A stretch of DNA of 64,000 nucleotides from Eledone cirrhosa (taxonomy: Eukaryota). Below, piece by piece: positions 45,807-59,928 of this stretch. Each line of letters begins with the position of its first letter. The first letter of the stretch is position 1. Location: assembly GCA_964016885.1 (NCBI GenBank), contig OZ024743.1, positions 116,312,001 to 116,376,000 on the forward strand. Direction: 5' to 3'. The position numbers were made by a program, and so were the translations under genes. The notes below the pieces were generated by a model that made no database searches, was not told the DNA's origin, and saw nothing but the letters and a program-made list of their open reading frames with translations.

Positions 45807-45874
45807 TATTTTATTATGCGCATTTCAAAAACAAATATCATCCTATGATATTTGCGTTTTCATCAGATAAAATA
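45807..45874 (-). ncRNA. Type I hammerhead, canonical core
   Basis: Reverse complement: tattttat CTGATGA aaacgcaaatatca-tagga-tgatatttgttttt GAAAT gcgc ATA ataaaata. 8-bp stem I, palindromic loop. Confidence 0.88.
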
Positions 45875-47044
45875 GGAATACATGATATGAAGGTTATAAA
45901 ACACTTGTGAATAGGGTAGTTTTAAATTAACATATGACAAAATAATTTAAGATTGATGTGTGATATTTTGAAAAAACTGAGGGGGGGGAGTGTAAGAAAG
46001 AGGGGGAGATGAAAGTAGATAATGGTGGGGGAGTAGTATAAGAAGGAATGATGAGCGAGGAGGAGAGATGGGTGATAGAGAGAGAGAGATAGCCTTTAGA
46101 ACTGAACAAATATATATTGTCTCACAGAGAGAAGTTAAAAAGCCGTTGGAAGATAATAGATAATTTAAAAGAATTTGAAATTAAAAGTTGATGAAGAGAA
46201 AAAGAGGTGTTAAGAATAATATTAAATTAAGGTTTGTATATTGAAGGGTTTAATAATATGTGCGAGGAAAAGAAATTGTTAATATGTATTATTAAAATAA
46301 AAATATTAATGTTATTAAGGATGTACTGTGAAAAGAAGTAGAAGAGTGGATGAGTTATGAATTTAGAGGAATTATTGTTTAAGTTTGTTTTTGTGTAATG
46401 TAATATGTGTGTGTTATATATGTAAATAGTTTGTTTACAAATGAGCCCAGAAAACATAGAAGATAATAATGTTTAAGAAAGAAAAAATCTAACATCAAAA
46501 TATATATGTTTACCAAATATTTTCTAATGGTAATAATATAATATAATAAATGAGATTATTTCGGGTTTGTTTGTATGTATTGTAGTATGTAATATGTAAA
46601 AGTCAGACGAGCATGAAAGGAACACAAATATAAGGAACTAAGGAGGAAAAATCTAACGTAAAAAAAAAATGTTTATGTTTACGAAGGATTATTAAAGGTA
46701 ATAATATAATGTATTTAAAAGGTAATAATAATTTTTATGGCCAATGATATGAAGAAAGATGGATATGTTGTGCTGAGTAATAATAAGAATTGAGAAGTGG
46801 TTAGGAAGAAAAGTACAGAGTAGAGGTTAGAAATTAAAAAGAAAAAAGAAGACAGAAAAGAGGGAGAAAGGAAAGTGATAAAGAGGAATGATATAGAATG
46901 AGTAACTAGTATTATATAATGTATAATAAATAATATTGAAATAAGGTAGAAAGATGGGTATATTTTAAAAATATATATATATAAGACTTTGAGAAAAAGG
47001 ATTTTAAACTAGTAAGGTATTAGATATTATCTGTATACTTTATG

Positions 47045-47175
47045 GAATGTTCTGTGGAATTTATGCAATGCAGAGAGAAAATAAATCAGTGCGTCTATTT
47101 ATTATAGAATCTAAATTAGATATAATGGTAAATTTCTCATATAAACAAAGATTACACGTTCTAGATAAGGAGGCA

Positions 47176-47180
<5 letters not shown>
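47045..47180 (-). pseudogene. PLE GIY-YIG C-terminal remnant; 3' UTR/pLTR extends to about 45480
   Basis: TCNLCLYEKFTII...IINRRTDLFSLC. Confidence 0.7.
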
Positions 47181-47239
<59 letters not shown>

Positions 47240-47245
<6 letters not shown>

Positions 47246-48142
47246 GTGTAATTAATTCTTTTACAATGAAATTAGCTCTAAGAAAGAAATATTTCTGAGC
47301 CGTGTAAAACATTTAAATATAAATTAATATATATGATGAAACACAAATACCAACATATCTGTATTTATATTGCAAAAGAAAATTTAGTTAGCTAGAATGA
47401 AGTATGCTAATTATAATATTACAGTCTGCCCATATCGATTTAAAATAATAAATCAACAAAGACAAACAGTATTGCCAAAAGGCCTTGATGTTTAGACACA
47501 TTTAAATTTCAAAATCAAACCTGTTCCGTAGATAAGTTTAAACTTTAAAATCCAAATATGTTTCGAGATAAAAAAGTGTTGGTATTTGTGTTTCATCATA
47601 TATATTAATTTATATTTAAATGTTTTACACGGCTCAGAAATATTTCTTTCTTTGAGCTTATTTCATTGTAAAAGAATTCATTGCACTTAATATTATTGCT
47701 CCTTAGGTTGAGCTGAAAGTAGCCTCATATATACGGCTGTTATTTCTAGCAGTACGGTTATGAGGCTAGCTAGAAACTGTAAACCATGTGCATTACACAG
47801 TCTTTTAAAATATTGGAAGTGAAGCATATCAATTTGTTCCTGGATGTTTCCTGAAGAGAGCAGGACATGATATCCTTACACTTTTTTATCTCGAAACATA
47901 TTTGGATTTTAAAGTTTAAACTTATCTACGGAACAGGTTTGATTTTGAAATTTAAATGTGTCTAAACATCAAGGCCTTTTGGCAATACTGTTTGTCTTTG
48001 TTGATTTATTATTTTAAATCGATATGGGCAGACTGTAATATTATAATTAGTATACTTCATTCTAGCTAACTAAATTTTCTTTTGCAATATAAATACAGAT
48101 ATGTTGGTATTTGTGTTTCATCATATATATTAATTTATATTT

Positions 48143-48152
<10 letters not shown>
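47240..48152. repeat. Fold-back/tandem element with hammerhead-like core
   Basis: 47305-47578 is inverted at 47879-48150, and 47240-47355 at 47578-47692. CTGAAGA gag...ctc GAAAC atat at 47851-47901. Confidence 0.75.
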
Positions 48153-48176
<24 letters not shown>

Positions 48177-48241
48177 GTAATATTTTAATAAATATATATA
48201 TATATATATACAACATACACATACTCACACACACACACACA

Positions 48242-48286
<45 letters not shown>

Positions 48287-48329
48287 ATGTGTGTGTGTGT
48301 GTGTGTCAGTATGTGTATGTTGTAAAACC

Positions 48330-48867
48330 TTAAACGTTGCTGCCAACTGTCCGTTATCCTAGGAGAAACATGTTCTCGTTCGCACGCAAAATATTATTCT
48401 CTTCCCCATTGTGTTTTGTCAAAAACCTATTTCCATGTATATTTTCCGGGCGTTTACTGTTTATCAATATCGTCCTACACGAATCTCTTCCAATGAAATG
48501 TGATGGTACCTATCCACTGACATCCTGGCTTAGATTGTAATACCTCCAAATTCACACAAACAGCTATTTCACTTTAACGGCTGACAAGCGAAGAAATATT
48601 TCATTGCTGTTCTTTTCCACCATTCTCCTGCTGACGCTGAGAAAGTCTGAAATTTCCTTATTTGTCTTCCCGGCGTGGATTCCAGGAAGAACTCTATGTC
48701 TCTTCCACAAATTTGGAGGTTTAAAATTATTTATAATCAATTATTCTGAAAATAAATAATGGAAATATAGTCACTGTTTTTATGAAGACAAGAGTGACAA
48801 CGGAAGTTAAAAAAATTTGCATAAAATTAGCAGTTGAAAATTGCGAACAAATATCGTCCACACCCTG
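48330..48867 (-). mobile_element. Degenerate, internally deleted Tc1/mariner element
   Basis: TA|cagggtg terminus at 48867. Minus strand reads KRHRVLPGIHAGKTNKEISDFLSVSRRMV (transposase HTH). Other end uncertain. Confidence 0.6.
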
Positions 48868-49317
48868 TATATATATATATAATCAATAATCTCGCAAATT
48901 ATTTTCACGAAAATAAATGGCCTTAAATTCTCTATCAAGCAATTTTATCAATATAAATATTTCCATATTCTAAGGTCTATAGTTAATCATTAAAAAACAT
49001 TGTGGAATGTAAATATTATGATTGAATTTTCAAATGTTTACCTTTATTTAATATAATCTACTCTCTCTTATATACAAAACCCTGTTTATTACAGTATTCT
49101 CTCAATGTTTATAGCATTATCATGGTTAGTTTTGATTTCTGACAGAACATAAGCTCTGCAGAGCAGTCGTCCAATTTGTTCTATAGTTTTCTTTTACTTA
49201 AATGTAGTTCCACGTCCTCTCTGCCACCCCCCCCCCCCCCCACCACACACACACAAACACACACACCCACCCACACACACACATACACCCCCCCCCACAC
49301 ACACACACATACACACG

Positions 49318-49429
<112 letters not shown>

Positions 49430-49527
49430 GTAAATCATAGGTGATTTTAATTCTTGCATTAAGTAGATAATTCATAAATGAAAGTATTTGACACAAGTAA
49501 AATAGCACTTTTAACGTCATTATTTTG

Positions 49528-49720
49528 AGGCGGTGGACTGATAGTATCGGTACAGAGTCTGACGCAATGCTTTACAGCAAATAGTTTCGGCCCTATATGG
49601 TATGAGTTGAAATCCCGCCGAGGTTAACTTTGCCTTTCATCCATACGCGGTCGATAAAATAAAGCACCAGTAATACACTGGGATAATTGCTGACCTTGTG
49701 CTATAAGTAGAAACAATTAT
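49528..49720 (+). mobile_element. Octopod-type SINE
   Basis: Same core as 28563. Confidence 0.85.
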
Positions 49721-52700
49721 TTTGAGTTGTTTTAAACAGCCACTCTTCTTTCTCATATAGGCCGGCATATATTCGAACAAATTGAAACAAATTTATATAT
49801 ATTGCTGATTGAATACACACCTGATTCTTCTAAAAATTGTATTTTCCGCTATTCTCTCTTCTTACTCCCTATATTCTATTTCATCTTCTATTTCCTTTTT
49901 CTTTATGAAGGACTAATGTCGGAAACGTAAAAATTCTTTTGCCACTATATCACACGTTAAACTTATGCTATATTTATTGTACAGTATTCTCGTCGGTTGA
50001 ACGATTCTTCATAACAAATTAGATGTGTATAAAGGCCTTTCACGTGTCAAAGTAGATGTGAATACGCGACTGTCTAAACTCTTATGTCAAGGCAGCAGCC
50101 TCTCCGCTTTTCCGGTGACATAAAGCGTAGTAGCGGCACACTTACTGCAAAGCATTCCGTTGCACTCTTGAGCAGTCCACTTATCCTCAATCATGCAGTA
50201 GTACTTTATTTATCGAACCCCAAATTATAAAATGCGATGTTGACTTCGGCAGGATTTCAGTGCAGAAAGCTAGAAATTTAACAAGGCATGTAATCCGATA
50301 TTTGAGCAACTCTAACAATTCGCCACTAATATAGCATCCAAATATCCCCTAAATTACACTACCGTTTTAAAAACGGGAAAGGCATTCGAATGTATATTCC
50401 TAGATACACCATGTTAGAAAACAAAACAAAAAGAGGCTGAGTGGGATTAACTTCTTTGTTCATGGGATAATTATTACGGTTGTCCTTCAACAACGTATGT
50501 GTAGATTTAATGGAAAATTAATAAGATGGTTGGTTTCAAATTTTGAGAGAATGTTATCTCTGAGAGAAGTAAATATCAGTGGTACATTTAAATTGTAATA
50601 ATTATGTAAATACGTGATTAAATGTTATTATATTATCCAAACAATTTTATTCCATTTTTTCATTGCTAAAGACTTGCATTTATGTCTAAATCAATGACGT
50701 GACTGTGGGCTGTTTTATCGCTTCTACAATCGTTACATATCGTCTTCCTTTTGATAATTGCAGTATTAAACACTTTTTTTTCTATAAATATATTGATGGC
50801 ATGTATTTAACGTCAAGTTGGCAAAGAGTAAAATTCTGAAATATTGAGTAAAAAATAATTATATAATTCAAACAAAATATTAATATAATTGAATCTCATG
50901 TTTACTTAAGTGTTGTTAGTAAATCGCTCTTTTCTTTCAAGCTTTAACAAATAATAAAATATTTTTTTTTATATTTAACAAGCAAACATTTAATTTCGCG
51001 GTAACATAACATTTAGTCCTATTTTTCAATTGTTAATCATATTTAAATTACTATTGACAATATTTTAAAAGTTTTCCATGTGTACGGTATTGTTGCTGAC
51101 CATTCATATCTATGATAAAAAATGTTTGCAGTTTGTGATTATCATTTCTTTTATATATAGTAATGAGCTTACGTCGATTCTAAATTGTAATGTTCCATTT
51201 ATTCGAACAACTGGACAACTTGCTGGGGAAATTAATCGTACATGTGGTAGGGCATTCTTCAGGAACGTGTAATTTTAACGTAATTCTAGGCGAGATTTGG
51301 TGAGATGGAGTGTGACATGTTCGGTGCTTTGAATTACAGGTACAACATATTTTTTGCTAGTCGACTGAAACAACATGAAATAAAATGTCCTGCTCAAGTC
51401 TACATCATGCTGTAGCGAATGAAACCACCTATTATCTAACGATTGTGGGCCGAATAAACGCTGTACCGTACTTTTAAAATTTAGCATATTGGAGAATGTA
51501 CTCCGGAGTGCATTAGTGCTAGAGAACGATTTATGAGGCCATTTTGGCTTGAAGGCTGACCTGGGGCTAAACAACAACGTCATATGTTAATTGGCAGTAA
51601 TTGGTTGAGTGAATCACACTTATGAGATATTAATGAATGTTTAAACATCTGGCTGGCATACTCAACGGCTACCGAGGTATATGTGAGATGTATACAGAGC
51701 CAAAAATACAAAAAAAGCATGTTTTTATGACAATAAATATTTTCTTTCTATGATAGCGATGTTCTCTTATGTTTATTGCGTATAAACATATAGTATATGC
51801 TTTTTTACGCACCCCTATCATATGTTAAAAATAACTACATACACCCGCAACACCCTCATCAACTCTCCTATAAAATCAAAAGGATTATCTACATCCACTA
51901 AATCTACATCTATTTGTTACATTGCACTAACATTTACGTAACATAACCACCGCTAAACACCCATACTAAAATAGAACACTATATCTACGTTCCACCCAAC
52001 TATTTAAATGTGTCGTTTCTTTTTCTAATACATGTGGGCTGAGATAGTTGTGGCTTCTATTACTTAAAGTACAAGTGACCGTACACAGACTAAACAATAC
52101 CAGCGGTGACATTGTCTTGGAATAGACTAATAGTGTAGACGTTAGAATATTCACGGCCTTTGTAAACAAGCTGTCGCCATAATTGAAGTAAAATCTCTGC
52201 AGCTGAAGATTACAAGTTTTATTGCTTAGCTCTGATGAGTATGGCTTATTTTCTTTATAGCATTTTCCTTTTTATTGATCTGTAGCTCATCTGCTTTTAT
52301 TTCAATATATATACATATATATTTATATATATTTCTATTTGGTAAAATTATTTTATATTGTATTCATCCTTTCTCTAACCTACGTTTATCTGTTTAATCT
52401 TATATGTGCCAGGGTCGCCATTTTTTCAATATAATGACCAGTGTTAGCTATCACTAATGAAATGTGTAAAACCAACGTGCGAAACTGAACATACACTGAA
52501 ACACTTGTCATATCTTGTCAGCATTTATGCGATTCAGCGTAAAATTCAGCGTTTATGAAACCAAGAGAACGAATATAACTACGGAAACTATTGTGTATAT
52601 ATATATATATATGTATAAATGAAAATAGAGGAATTAATGTGACCAAGAAGCAAACAGTAATTCATACATATAAGTGACTATTACGTCAAGATGGAAAATA

Positions 52701-52837
52701 TATAACGTAAGATATGGGAAAATAATTCAATCTCAATTCAAAAAAAGTCAAGACAGAAATTGTATCCACAGATTTTGTGTAATCCAGGGAAAAAACTAAT
52801 GGAGTCTTAACTCAGAATAAAATTAAGGGTAAATACT

Positions 52838-52999
52838 TGTAATTGGTATAATAATTGTTGTTACAAATGACACCTCGCAGAAAGTTAATTACTGAACTAA
52901 AACACTTTTAGATTGCACAGGATATTAAAAAATGATTGTACACACACCGAATTGTCAGAAAGATCATAAAACAGTATGTGTGTATATATAAATACATAG

Positions 53000-53010
<11 letters not shown>
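52838..53010 (+). repeat. Dispersed direct repeat (second copy 59669-59835)
   Basis: gtaattggtataataattgttgttacaaatgacacctc...catagacacacac is present twice. Confidence 0.85.
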
Positions 53011-53049
<39 letters not shown>

Positions 53050-53199
53050 TTATTTAGTTATTTATATCATTTTACTAACATGAGCATTCAACATCATACC
53101 ATGTTTCGAGTATTTCTCGGATTTGTATTCTTGCCGGTCTCGGTACCGCAGCCTATGTATCTACTCATACACACATACAGAAACACACACACACATACT

Positions 53200-53259
<60 letters not shown>

Positions 53260-53417
53260 TTGGTGCTCTGAAATAGCGATATATATATGAATGTATATAT
53301 AGTGTATTTTGAAATACACTGTATGCTTAATTAAAAGCATTTCGAAGATCTTACGCTATTGTTTTAGAGTAGTGACAGTCTCACTTACTTTAAATTTTCA
53401 GCAAACAGGGGAGATAA

Positions 53418-53462
53418 AGCTGACAGAGCTCTGTTTCGTTCTGACTGGTACTTATCAAAGCC
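53418..53462 (-). ncRNA. Type I hammerhead, U3-A8 variant (also 53738-53782 minus, 56178-56222 plus)
   Basis: Plus-strand copy: gact TTGAAAA gtact-aatc-agtac GAAAC agtgctct GTC agct. Other copies have TTGATAA and palindromic ACAGAGCTCTGT. Confidence 0.78.
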
Positions 53463-54154
53463 AAGTACTCCACCTCTTTGCTGAAAATCATGAATGTTTG
53501 ATTCTTATAGAATTCTAGTAATAATCAGGAACTGATTATACAGAGCGGTTGCCAGTCAAGCAGAAATTGAAAAGTAGAATTGGTGCTCTGAAATAGCGAT
53601 ATATATATGAATGTATATATAGTGTATTTTCAAATACACTCTATGCTTAATTAAAAGCATTTCGAAGACCTTGCGCTATTGTTTTAGAGTAGTGACAGTC
53701 TAACTTACTTTAAATTTTCAGCAAACAGGGGAGATAAATCTGACAGAGCTCTGTTTCTCACTGATTGGTACTTATCAAAGCCAAGTACTCCACCTGTTTG
53801 CTGAAAATCATGAATATTTGATTCTTATAGAATTCTAGTAATGATCAGGAACTGAGTATACAGAGCGGTTGCCGGTCAAGCAGAAATTGAAAATTTTAAT
53901 TGGTGCTCTGAAATAGCGATATATATATGAATGTAATATAGTATTTACGTATCGAGAAAGAGAAAAAAAGGGGGGATAGGTGATACATATAGTTATTTGC
54001 CAAGTAGCGTATGCCAAAGGTGCTCGATACTAGTGCCGGCAGTATTAGATATTCGAAGTGTTAATATTTAGTGGGCTAGAGAGTTAGCAGAGCGTAAGCA
54101 CGTGGGAAAGTAAAAATCGGAGAATAGACCGTTAAAACATGTTTATTTAAAATA

Positions 54155-54196
54155 TCACCTACGTACGTTTCGCCCAGTTGGGCTTCTCAAGGGCAT
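54155..54196 (-). ncRNA. Minimal hammerhead, U3-A8 variant
   Basis: Reverse complement: cc TTGAGAA gccc-aact-gggc GAAAC gtac GTA gg. Stem I is short. Confidence 0.72.
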
Positions 54197-54476
54197 AAAT
54201 AATCACAAGTGTTCGGAAAGAGTTTTGGGGGTTAAATCTACATCAAGATTCATTGCTCGCAAAAATATCTTGTTTTGATTTTGCAGCAGGTCAAGGGAGG
54301 TAACTCTGGCCGGTGTTAGGGCAGTCTTTCCCGGATAATTTTTTTTTTTTTTTTTTTGCCGCATCCGTTTGTCTGAGGCTGGGTCTGGTATGCAAGGATT
54401 GTTTTCTGGGTGTTATTTTGCAGCGCCTGCCCGCCGGGGTGTTAAGACTTGTTGCAGGGAGATCCAGTGTACTATT

Positions 54477-55448
54477 TCACCCTTCATCCTTAACCCATCT
54501 AAAGAAGGAAATTTTTAAGCGATGTGTACAACTTATCGCTGTTTCAGCTCTGCTGTTGATGAGCTCGTGGGGTGCAGTTATGATGTGGTAGAGCTCCATG
54601 AGGCAAAGATCGCATTTCCTCCTGAAGTTGTACGGTGCAGCCCTGCCGACAATCTCCCAGTGCGTGGAGAAGCTGATGTTTGAGTCCTTTAGTGATGTGA
54701 TGTAGTCCGCGAGCGAAGTGGAGTGCCTTAGTTTTCTATTTGTGAAAGAGTGGAGATGTGTTCGAAACCTAATTTTGAACGGGCCGGAGGTGGCCCCTAT
54801 ATAATGTTTAACGCTATTGTGGCTAGTAATAGTGCATCTATATATAACCCTATCAGTCAAGCAGTATCCTCTAAGGGGGCAGCGTCCTCTGTCGCGGCAG
54901 TTGCAATTTCTGTCGCGGTTCCGTCTATTTCCCACGGTAAGGCTATCATTGTTGCTGCCTACGTTGTTACCTACGCTACCGCAGCCGTCGTAAGCACAAT
55001 TACAACCCACAGCACGCGGGATGGTGCGATTGTTATTCCGCACGGCATGTTCTGCATGTTCTCCAGTCACTTCGCGGTCATTCTGGTTGCGTCTGCGGAT
55101 GCCGTTGCCAAAACTATTGGATGCTGCCAGGGAGTTGTTAAGGCCGATATAGTTATTGTCAGGTGTAGGTGCGTCTGTGTCGAGGTGCTGTGTCTTGGTG
55201 ATCTTACTGTGGTTCGTTGTTCCTATGATGTCTGCTAGGTTAGGAGTAGTAGAGAAGGATATGTTTATATTGTTCCTATTAAGAATGTTTCTATACATAT
55301 GGTTGAGCGGGAAGTTCTTCTCTAAGGCTTCGAAGAATATCCGGGGTATGTTGGAGGCCACACTCCGAGAGTAGGGGGGGGGGGTGAAACCATAGGACGT
55401 TACGGTGGCGATTACGTGTCCTTGTACTTTTGCTACGGGTGGTTCCAT
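54477..55448 (-). pseudogene. PLE linker and GIY-YIG endonuclease (open 323 codons, 5'-truncated)
   Basis: PPYSRSV..KNFPLNH..ISFSTTPN, CNCRDRGRCPL..C, VIYRC...YIGAT, CDLCLME, CTHR. Confidence 0.9.
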
Positions 55449-56348
55449 CTAAGTGACCGCTCTTATGTGTGTTAATGCGCAGTCGCCCGTTCGGTGCCCC
55501 TTTCACTTTATGCTCGGGTGCACTCTTTCTACCTCTTCCATGTTTATGTACACGAAGATGTTGGTTGGAAGGCGTTGGTAGTAGGCCGCCGCCTTTGTTG
55601 GTTTTGTAATAGGGGAATAGTTTGAGTAATCTACAGTGTTCACAGTCGCCGGGGACGTGATCTTTGGTGCGGTTATCTATTCTATTATATCCGACTTCAA
55701 CGAGGTCACCGCGTGATCGGTTGTAGGTATGGCTTACATATATATGAATGTATATATAGTGTATTTTGCATATATATGAATGTATATATATGAATGTATA
55801 TATACTGTATTTTGCAATACACTGTATGCTTAATTAAAAGCATTTAGAAGACCTTAGGCTATTGTTTTAGAGTAGTGACAGTCTCACTTACCTTAAATTT
55901 TCAGCAAACGGGGGAGATAAGAACATTTAAAGTAGGTGAGACTGTCACTACTCTAAAACAATAGCGTAAGGTCTTCAAAATGCTTTTAATTAATCATACA
56001 GTGTATTGCAAAATTCACTATATATACATTCATATATATATCGCTATTTCAGAGCACCAATTCTAATTTTCAATTTCTGGTTGACCGGCAACCGCTCTGT
56101 ATAATCAGTTCCTGATTATTACTAGAATTCTATAAGAATCAAACATTCATGATTTTCAGCAAACAGGTGCAGTACTTGACTTTGAAAAGTACTAATCAGT
56201 ACGAAACAGTGCTCTGTCAGCTTTATCTCCCCTGTTTGCTGAAAATTTAAAGTAATTGAGACTGTCACTAATTTAAAACAACAGCGTAAGGTCTTCGAAA
56301 TGATTTTAATTAAGCATAGAGTGTATTGCAGAATACACTATATATACA

Positions 56349-56387
<39 letters not shown>

Positions 56388-56391
<4 letters not shown>

Positions 56392-57318
56392 TTATACTTT
56401 GGGAGAGTCATGTTGCCAATAATAAACACACGCACCAGTGCTTTCACTCCAAGTTATTATAAAGTAAACACATGTTGTGTGTTTTTTTTTTATTAAATGT
56501 ATAAATTTCCGGTTTCTTGGTTGGTTCCACAACCGGACGGTTGTTCATATATAGTCAAAATTATTTCGTCACACATTATGTGACCTCTGGGGATTCTTTT
56601 CTTTGTTTTGTGCCTCTCCTTTGTTCTGTCCTACGCCATCTTGTTTTTGTGTGTGTTGTGTGCTTTGTCTGCACATGTGTTACATCCGGGTGTCTGTGTG
56701 TGTTTTTATTTGTTTACTTATTTGTTTATTTACATGTTACTGGTTGGTTGTTTGTTCTATGCGTGTGTGTTTTAATTTTGTCCTTAATTGTAAGTTGTGA
56801 TGTTGCTATTCCATTCATGTTTACTATTTAATTTTGGTTGGACTTCATTTATGTTTATTGCCTCTGTGATTTGTCTAAACATTCTGTGTGTAGATTTTAT
56901 TTTTATTTCTATGTTCTCTAATTTGCCCTTATGTTCTATTTTAGCATGTTGGTGGAGTATTGATGATTCTTTTCTACCTTGAAGCTCTCGCCAGTGTTCA
57001 TTTAACCGTCCTCCTATACTACGAGCTGTCTCACCTATGTACACTATATATATTCTTATCTTTGCATTGTCCTTCAGTACATCTTATGCTATATACTATG
57101 TTTCTAGTTTTACAGTTAATATGGGGGCTTAGTTTACAGATTATGCATTTCTTATCTATACAGGGAGGTCTTTGAAAAGAGTATGTATTATTAATAAGTG
57201 TTTTTGTTTATGGGAATGGAGGATTTGTTTTTGTTTGTTATTACTGGTTTCTAACCAAAGCTCGTGTCTAGTACAGGTAATCGATGGTTGGGGTGTTTGC
57301 TTGGGTAGTTTGCTTGTA
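56388..57318 (-). mobile_element. Internally deleted Naiad-like PLE (sister subfamily)
   Basis: NYPSKHPNHRLPVLDT... joined to CIDKKCIIC..NCKTRNIVYSIRC..YIGETARSIG. Terminal tgactctcccaaagtataac. Confidence 0.85.
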
Positions 57319-57540
57319 TATATATATATGGAATAAGAATATGTGAAGTTGTTTCAGATGTTAATCTCCTTTATTGATAAGGCTGTGATAAATATTTCAA
57401 TGACGACAGTGGTCCCACGATTCCACAAGGGAACGCCCGCTCCACAAGGGAATGGGCGAAGGCTTCAAAAACACTCTTTATCCGTTCACTTGTCGTTTCA
57501 ATTTGGATTGCCTCGGGAACGTAACCTTATTGTGTAAGAA

Positions 57541-57606
57541 GCTGTCTGATGAAGTCATGGCATGCAATCGTGTGGCCACTGTGGCCATTGAAATATGCAT
57601 CACAGC
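57541..57606 (+). ncRNA. Type I hammerhead in fold-back 57330-57660
   Basis: gctgt CTGATGA agtcatgg...ccatt GAAAT atgc ATC acagc. Confidence 0.75.
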
Positions 57607-57962
57607 CTTATCAATAAAGGACTTTAACATCTGAAACTACTTCGCATTTTCTTATTCTAAATATACTACGTCATTTCTATGTGGAAAAATTACGTGAAGT
57701 GCTTTGAATTGAATTAAATCAACTTTAACGTAAGAAGAGTATATATGTATATATATATATATATATTGTGTGTGTGGTTGATTATGGTGATTGGGAGAGG
57801 AAATACTGTATATATTTTATCAAATGATTCTATGGACGTACTTTCTTGTATATTGCTCAGATTGGTGATTATTTAATTAATTAATTCGTCATTGAGCCAA
57901 ATCGTGAATGGTTCCCAATAACACATATATATATCTATGGCTCTGTCAAGTTTATGTATATG

Positions 57963-58009
<47 letters not shown>

Positions 58010-58014
<5 letters not shown>

Positions 58015-58165
58015 CGAAGGTTGCCTGCAGTTTCTGTCAAGCAAATTTCACTCATATGATATTGATTAACATAAGGTTATTGTACAAGGCATTTGCCCAA
58101 AGTGCCACATAGTGGGCTAGTACCCGAAACCAAGTGTTTGCAGAGTAGAGGCAATTACTACACAT
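58010..58165 (-). mobile_element. Decayed SINE fragment
   Basis: Reverse complement ggtttcgggtactagcccactatgtggcactttgggcaaatgcc resembles a B-box plus central SINE domain. ctgacagaaactg-like tail also at about 50060-50110. Confidence 0.5.
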
Positions 58166-58309
58166 CGTGTTTGTATAATTCGCGCGTGCGTATGTGTGTA
58201 CAAGTTACACTACACGCGTATATGTACGAATATATAATTAGAGAAGCAAAAGTATACTGTTTGCAGAAAAATTGCTTCTGATTATATTAAGAAACACACA
58301 CATATACAA

Positions 58310-58363
<54 letters not shown>

Positions 58364-58498
58364 CGAAGGAAATGTGGTAAGGAACCAGGTGGACCATAAC
58401 GCAGCAAAGTACTCAGTAGTTAGGGTAGTAGAGTGGGTAATAGGACGAGAATTAGCCGTCGAAACGGCTTGAGCTCAGCTGTCGGGCTCCTACTCGTT

Positions 58499-58619
<121 letters not shown>

Positions 58620-59824
58620 CCTAGAACATTGCGACAAGTTCTTTTGTCTTCACTTTGTTTTCCAAAAATTTATGTGTTTATATCGATATGTATTTCTTTT
58701 CTAAAAAAAAAGATGGAAACAAATGTTTTTTTTACACATATAATATTATAAATGTCTTAATTGGACTTCACCAAATGTTCAGATTTAACGTGGGAATCTA
58801 GTTTAATACGCACGTGTTCATAATGTCAGAGCAATGTAGCAACATAACTTCATACCATGGAAAATCAATATATTTTATACATACCAATTTTGTCAGGCAG
58901 TAACAAGTGGTGATGATTTTAATCGAAGTCATGTAGTATGAAATGATAAGTTTCCGTTAATGACTTGTTACAGTAAAATATGGCGATATATTTCCCACGG
59001 ACATTTCTGATATTTAATGATAAATGAAGTGATGTGTGCTATTAAACGAAGAGGTACTTGGTAGTCGCTACACATGCTAGAAATTGCCAAGAAAACTTTC
59101 CCAAAATAAAACTCTACCTTTTATTGTAAGTCTACATTGGACAATGTAAGACCGGCAGCTCACGACGGAATGTTTTGATCAGAGGTTCTTCTTAATTTGT
59201 GTTGGTGAGATATTTTGTAATGTTATGTGCATAGTACTTTGAAGGATTGATTTATCAGTTTCCCATATACTTTGTTAATGACCAAGCCATTACTGTATTT
59301 ATCCCACGTATTTATTCATTTGATGTAATATGATGGTATTCTTTTTAACTACGTTTAGTAATTTTTTGCATACACACCACAAATCAGCAATAAACATCAA
59401 TACGCGATATAACCCCAATTTGATGTGAGATAACGCTTCTTAGTAGAATGCAAATTTCAATTTCCTATTTGATGTTTGCGATATTTTCAAGTCACCGTTC
59501 TTTCCTTAATTACTAACTAACCAGTGATCAAATCCAGATAAAAAGAAAGAATGTGAGAAAATAAGAAATATTCTGAAACACTGGAGAGAAAGAGAGACCT
59601 AGCTGAAGAAACTAAAGTACTTAGACATTTTTGTTTGTCAATTTGTGATGTCTGATAATCGAAACACGTTGTAATTGGTATAATAATTGTTGTTACAAAT
59701 GACACCTCACCCAAAGTTAATTACTGAACTAAAACAGTTTTAGTTTGTACACGATATTAAAAGATGATTGTACACCCACTCAGAAAGATCATAAAACAGT
59801 ATGTGTGTATATATGAATACATAG

Positions 59825-59856
<32 letters not shown>

Positions 59857-59857
59857 T

Positions 59858-59928
<71 letters not shown>

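Larger units (their letters stand above)
53942..55735 (-). mobile_element. 5'-truncated Nematis-like PLE
   Basis: Linker and GIY-YIG ORF followed by a pLTR with HHR. Nested in the 320-bp array. Confidence 0.85.
53255..56352. repeat. Retrozyme-like 320-bp tandem array with inverted arm, interrupted by a PLE
   Basis: Units at 53257, 53577 and about 53898, resuming at about 55740. Inverted arm 55925-56352. One HHR per unit. Confidence 0.85.

Noticed and set aside
49900-49935. HHR-like atgaaggactaatgtcggaaacgt (similar at about 63605-63630)
   Set aside because: CUGA core is lost in both. Probably decayed pLTR remnants, so not called as ribozymes.
50400-52800. Repeat-poor stretch as a gene
   Set aside because: Only short motif-less ORFs. 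Small exons or enhancers cannot be excluded without alignment.
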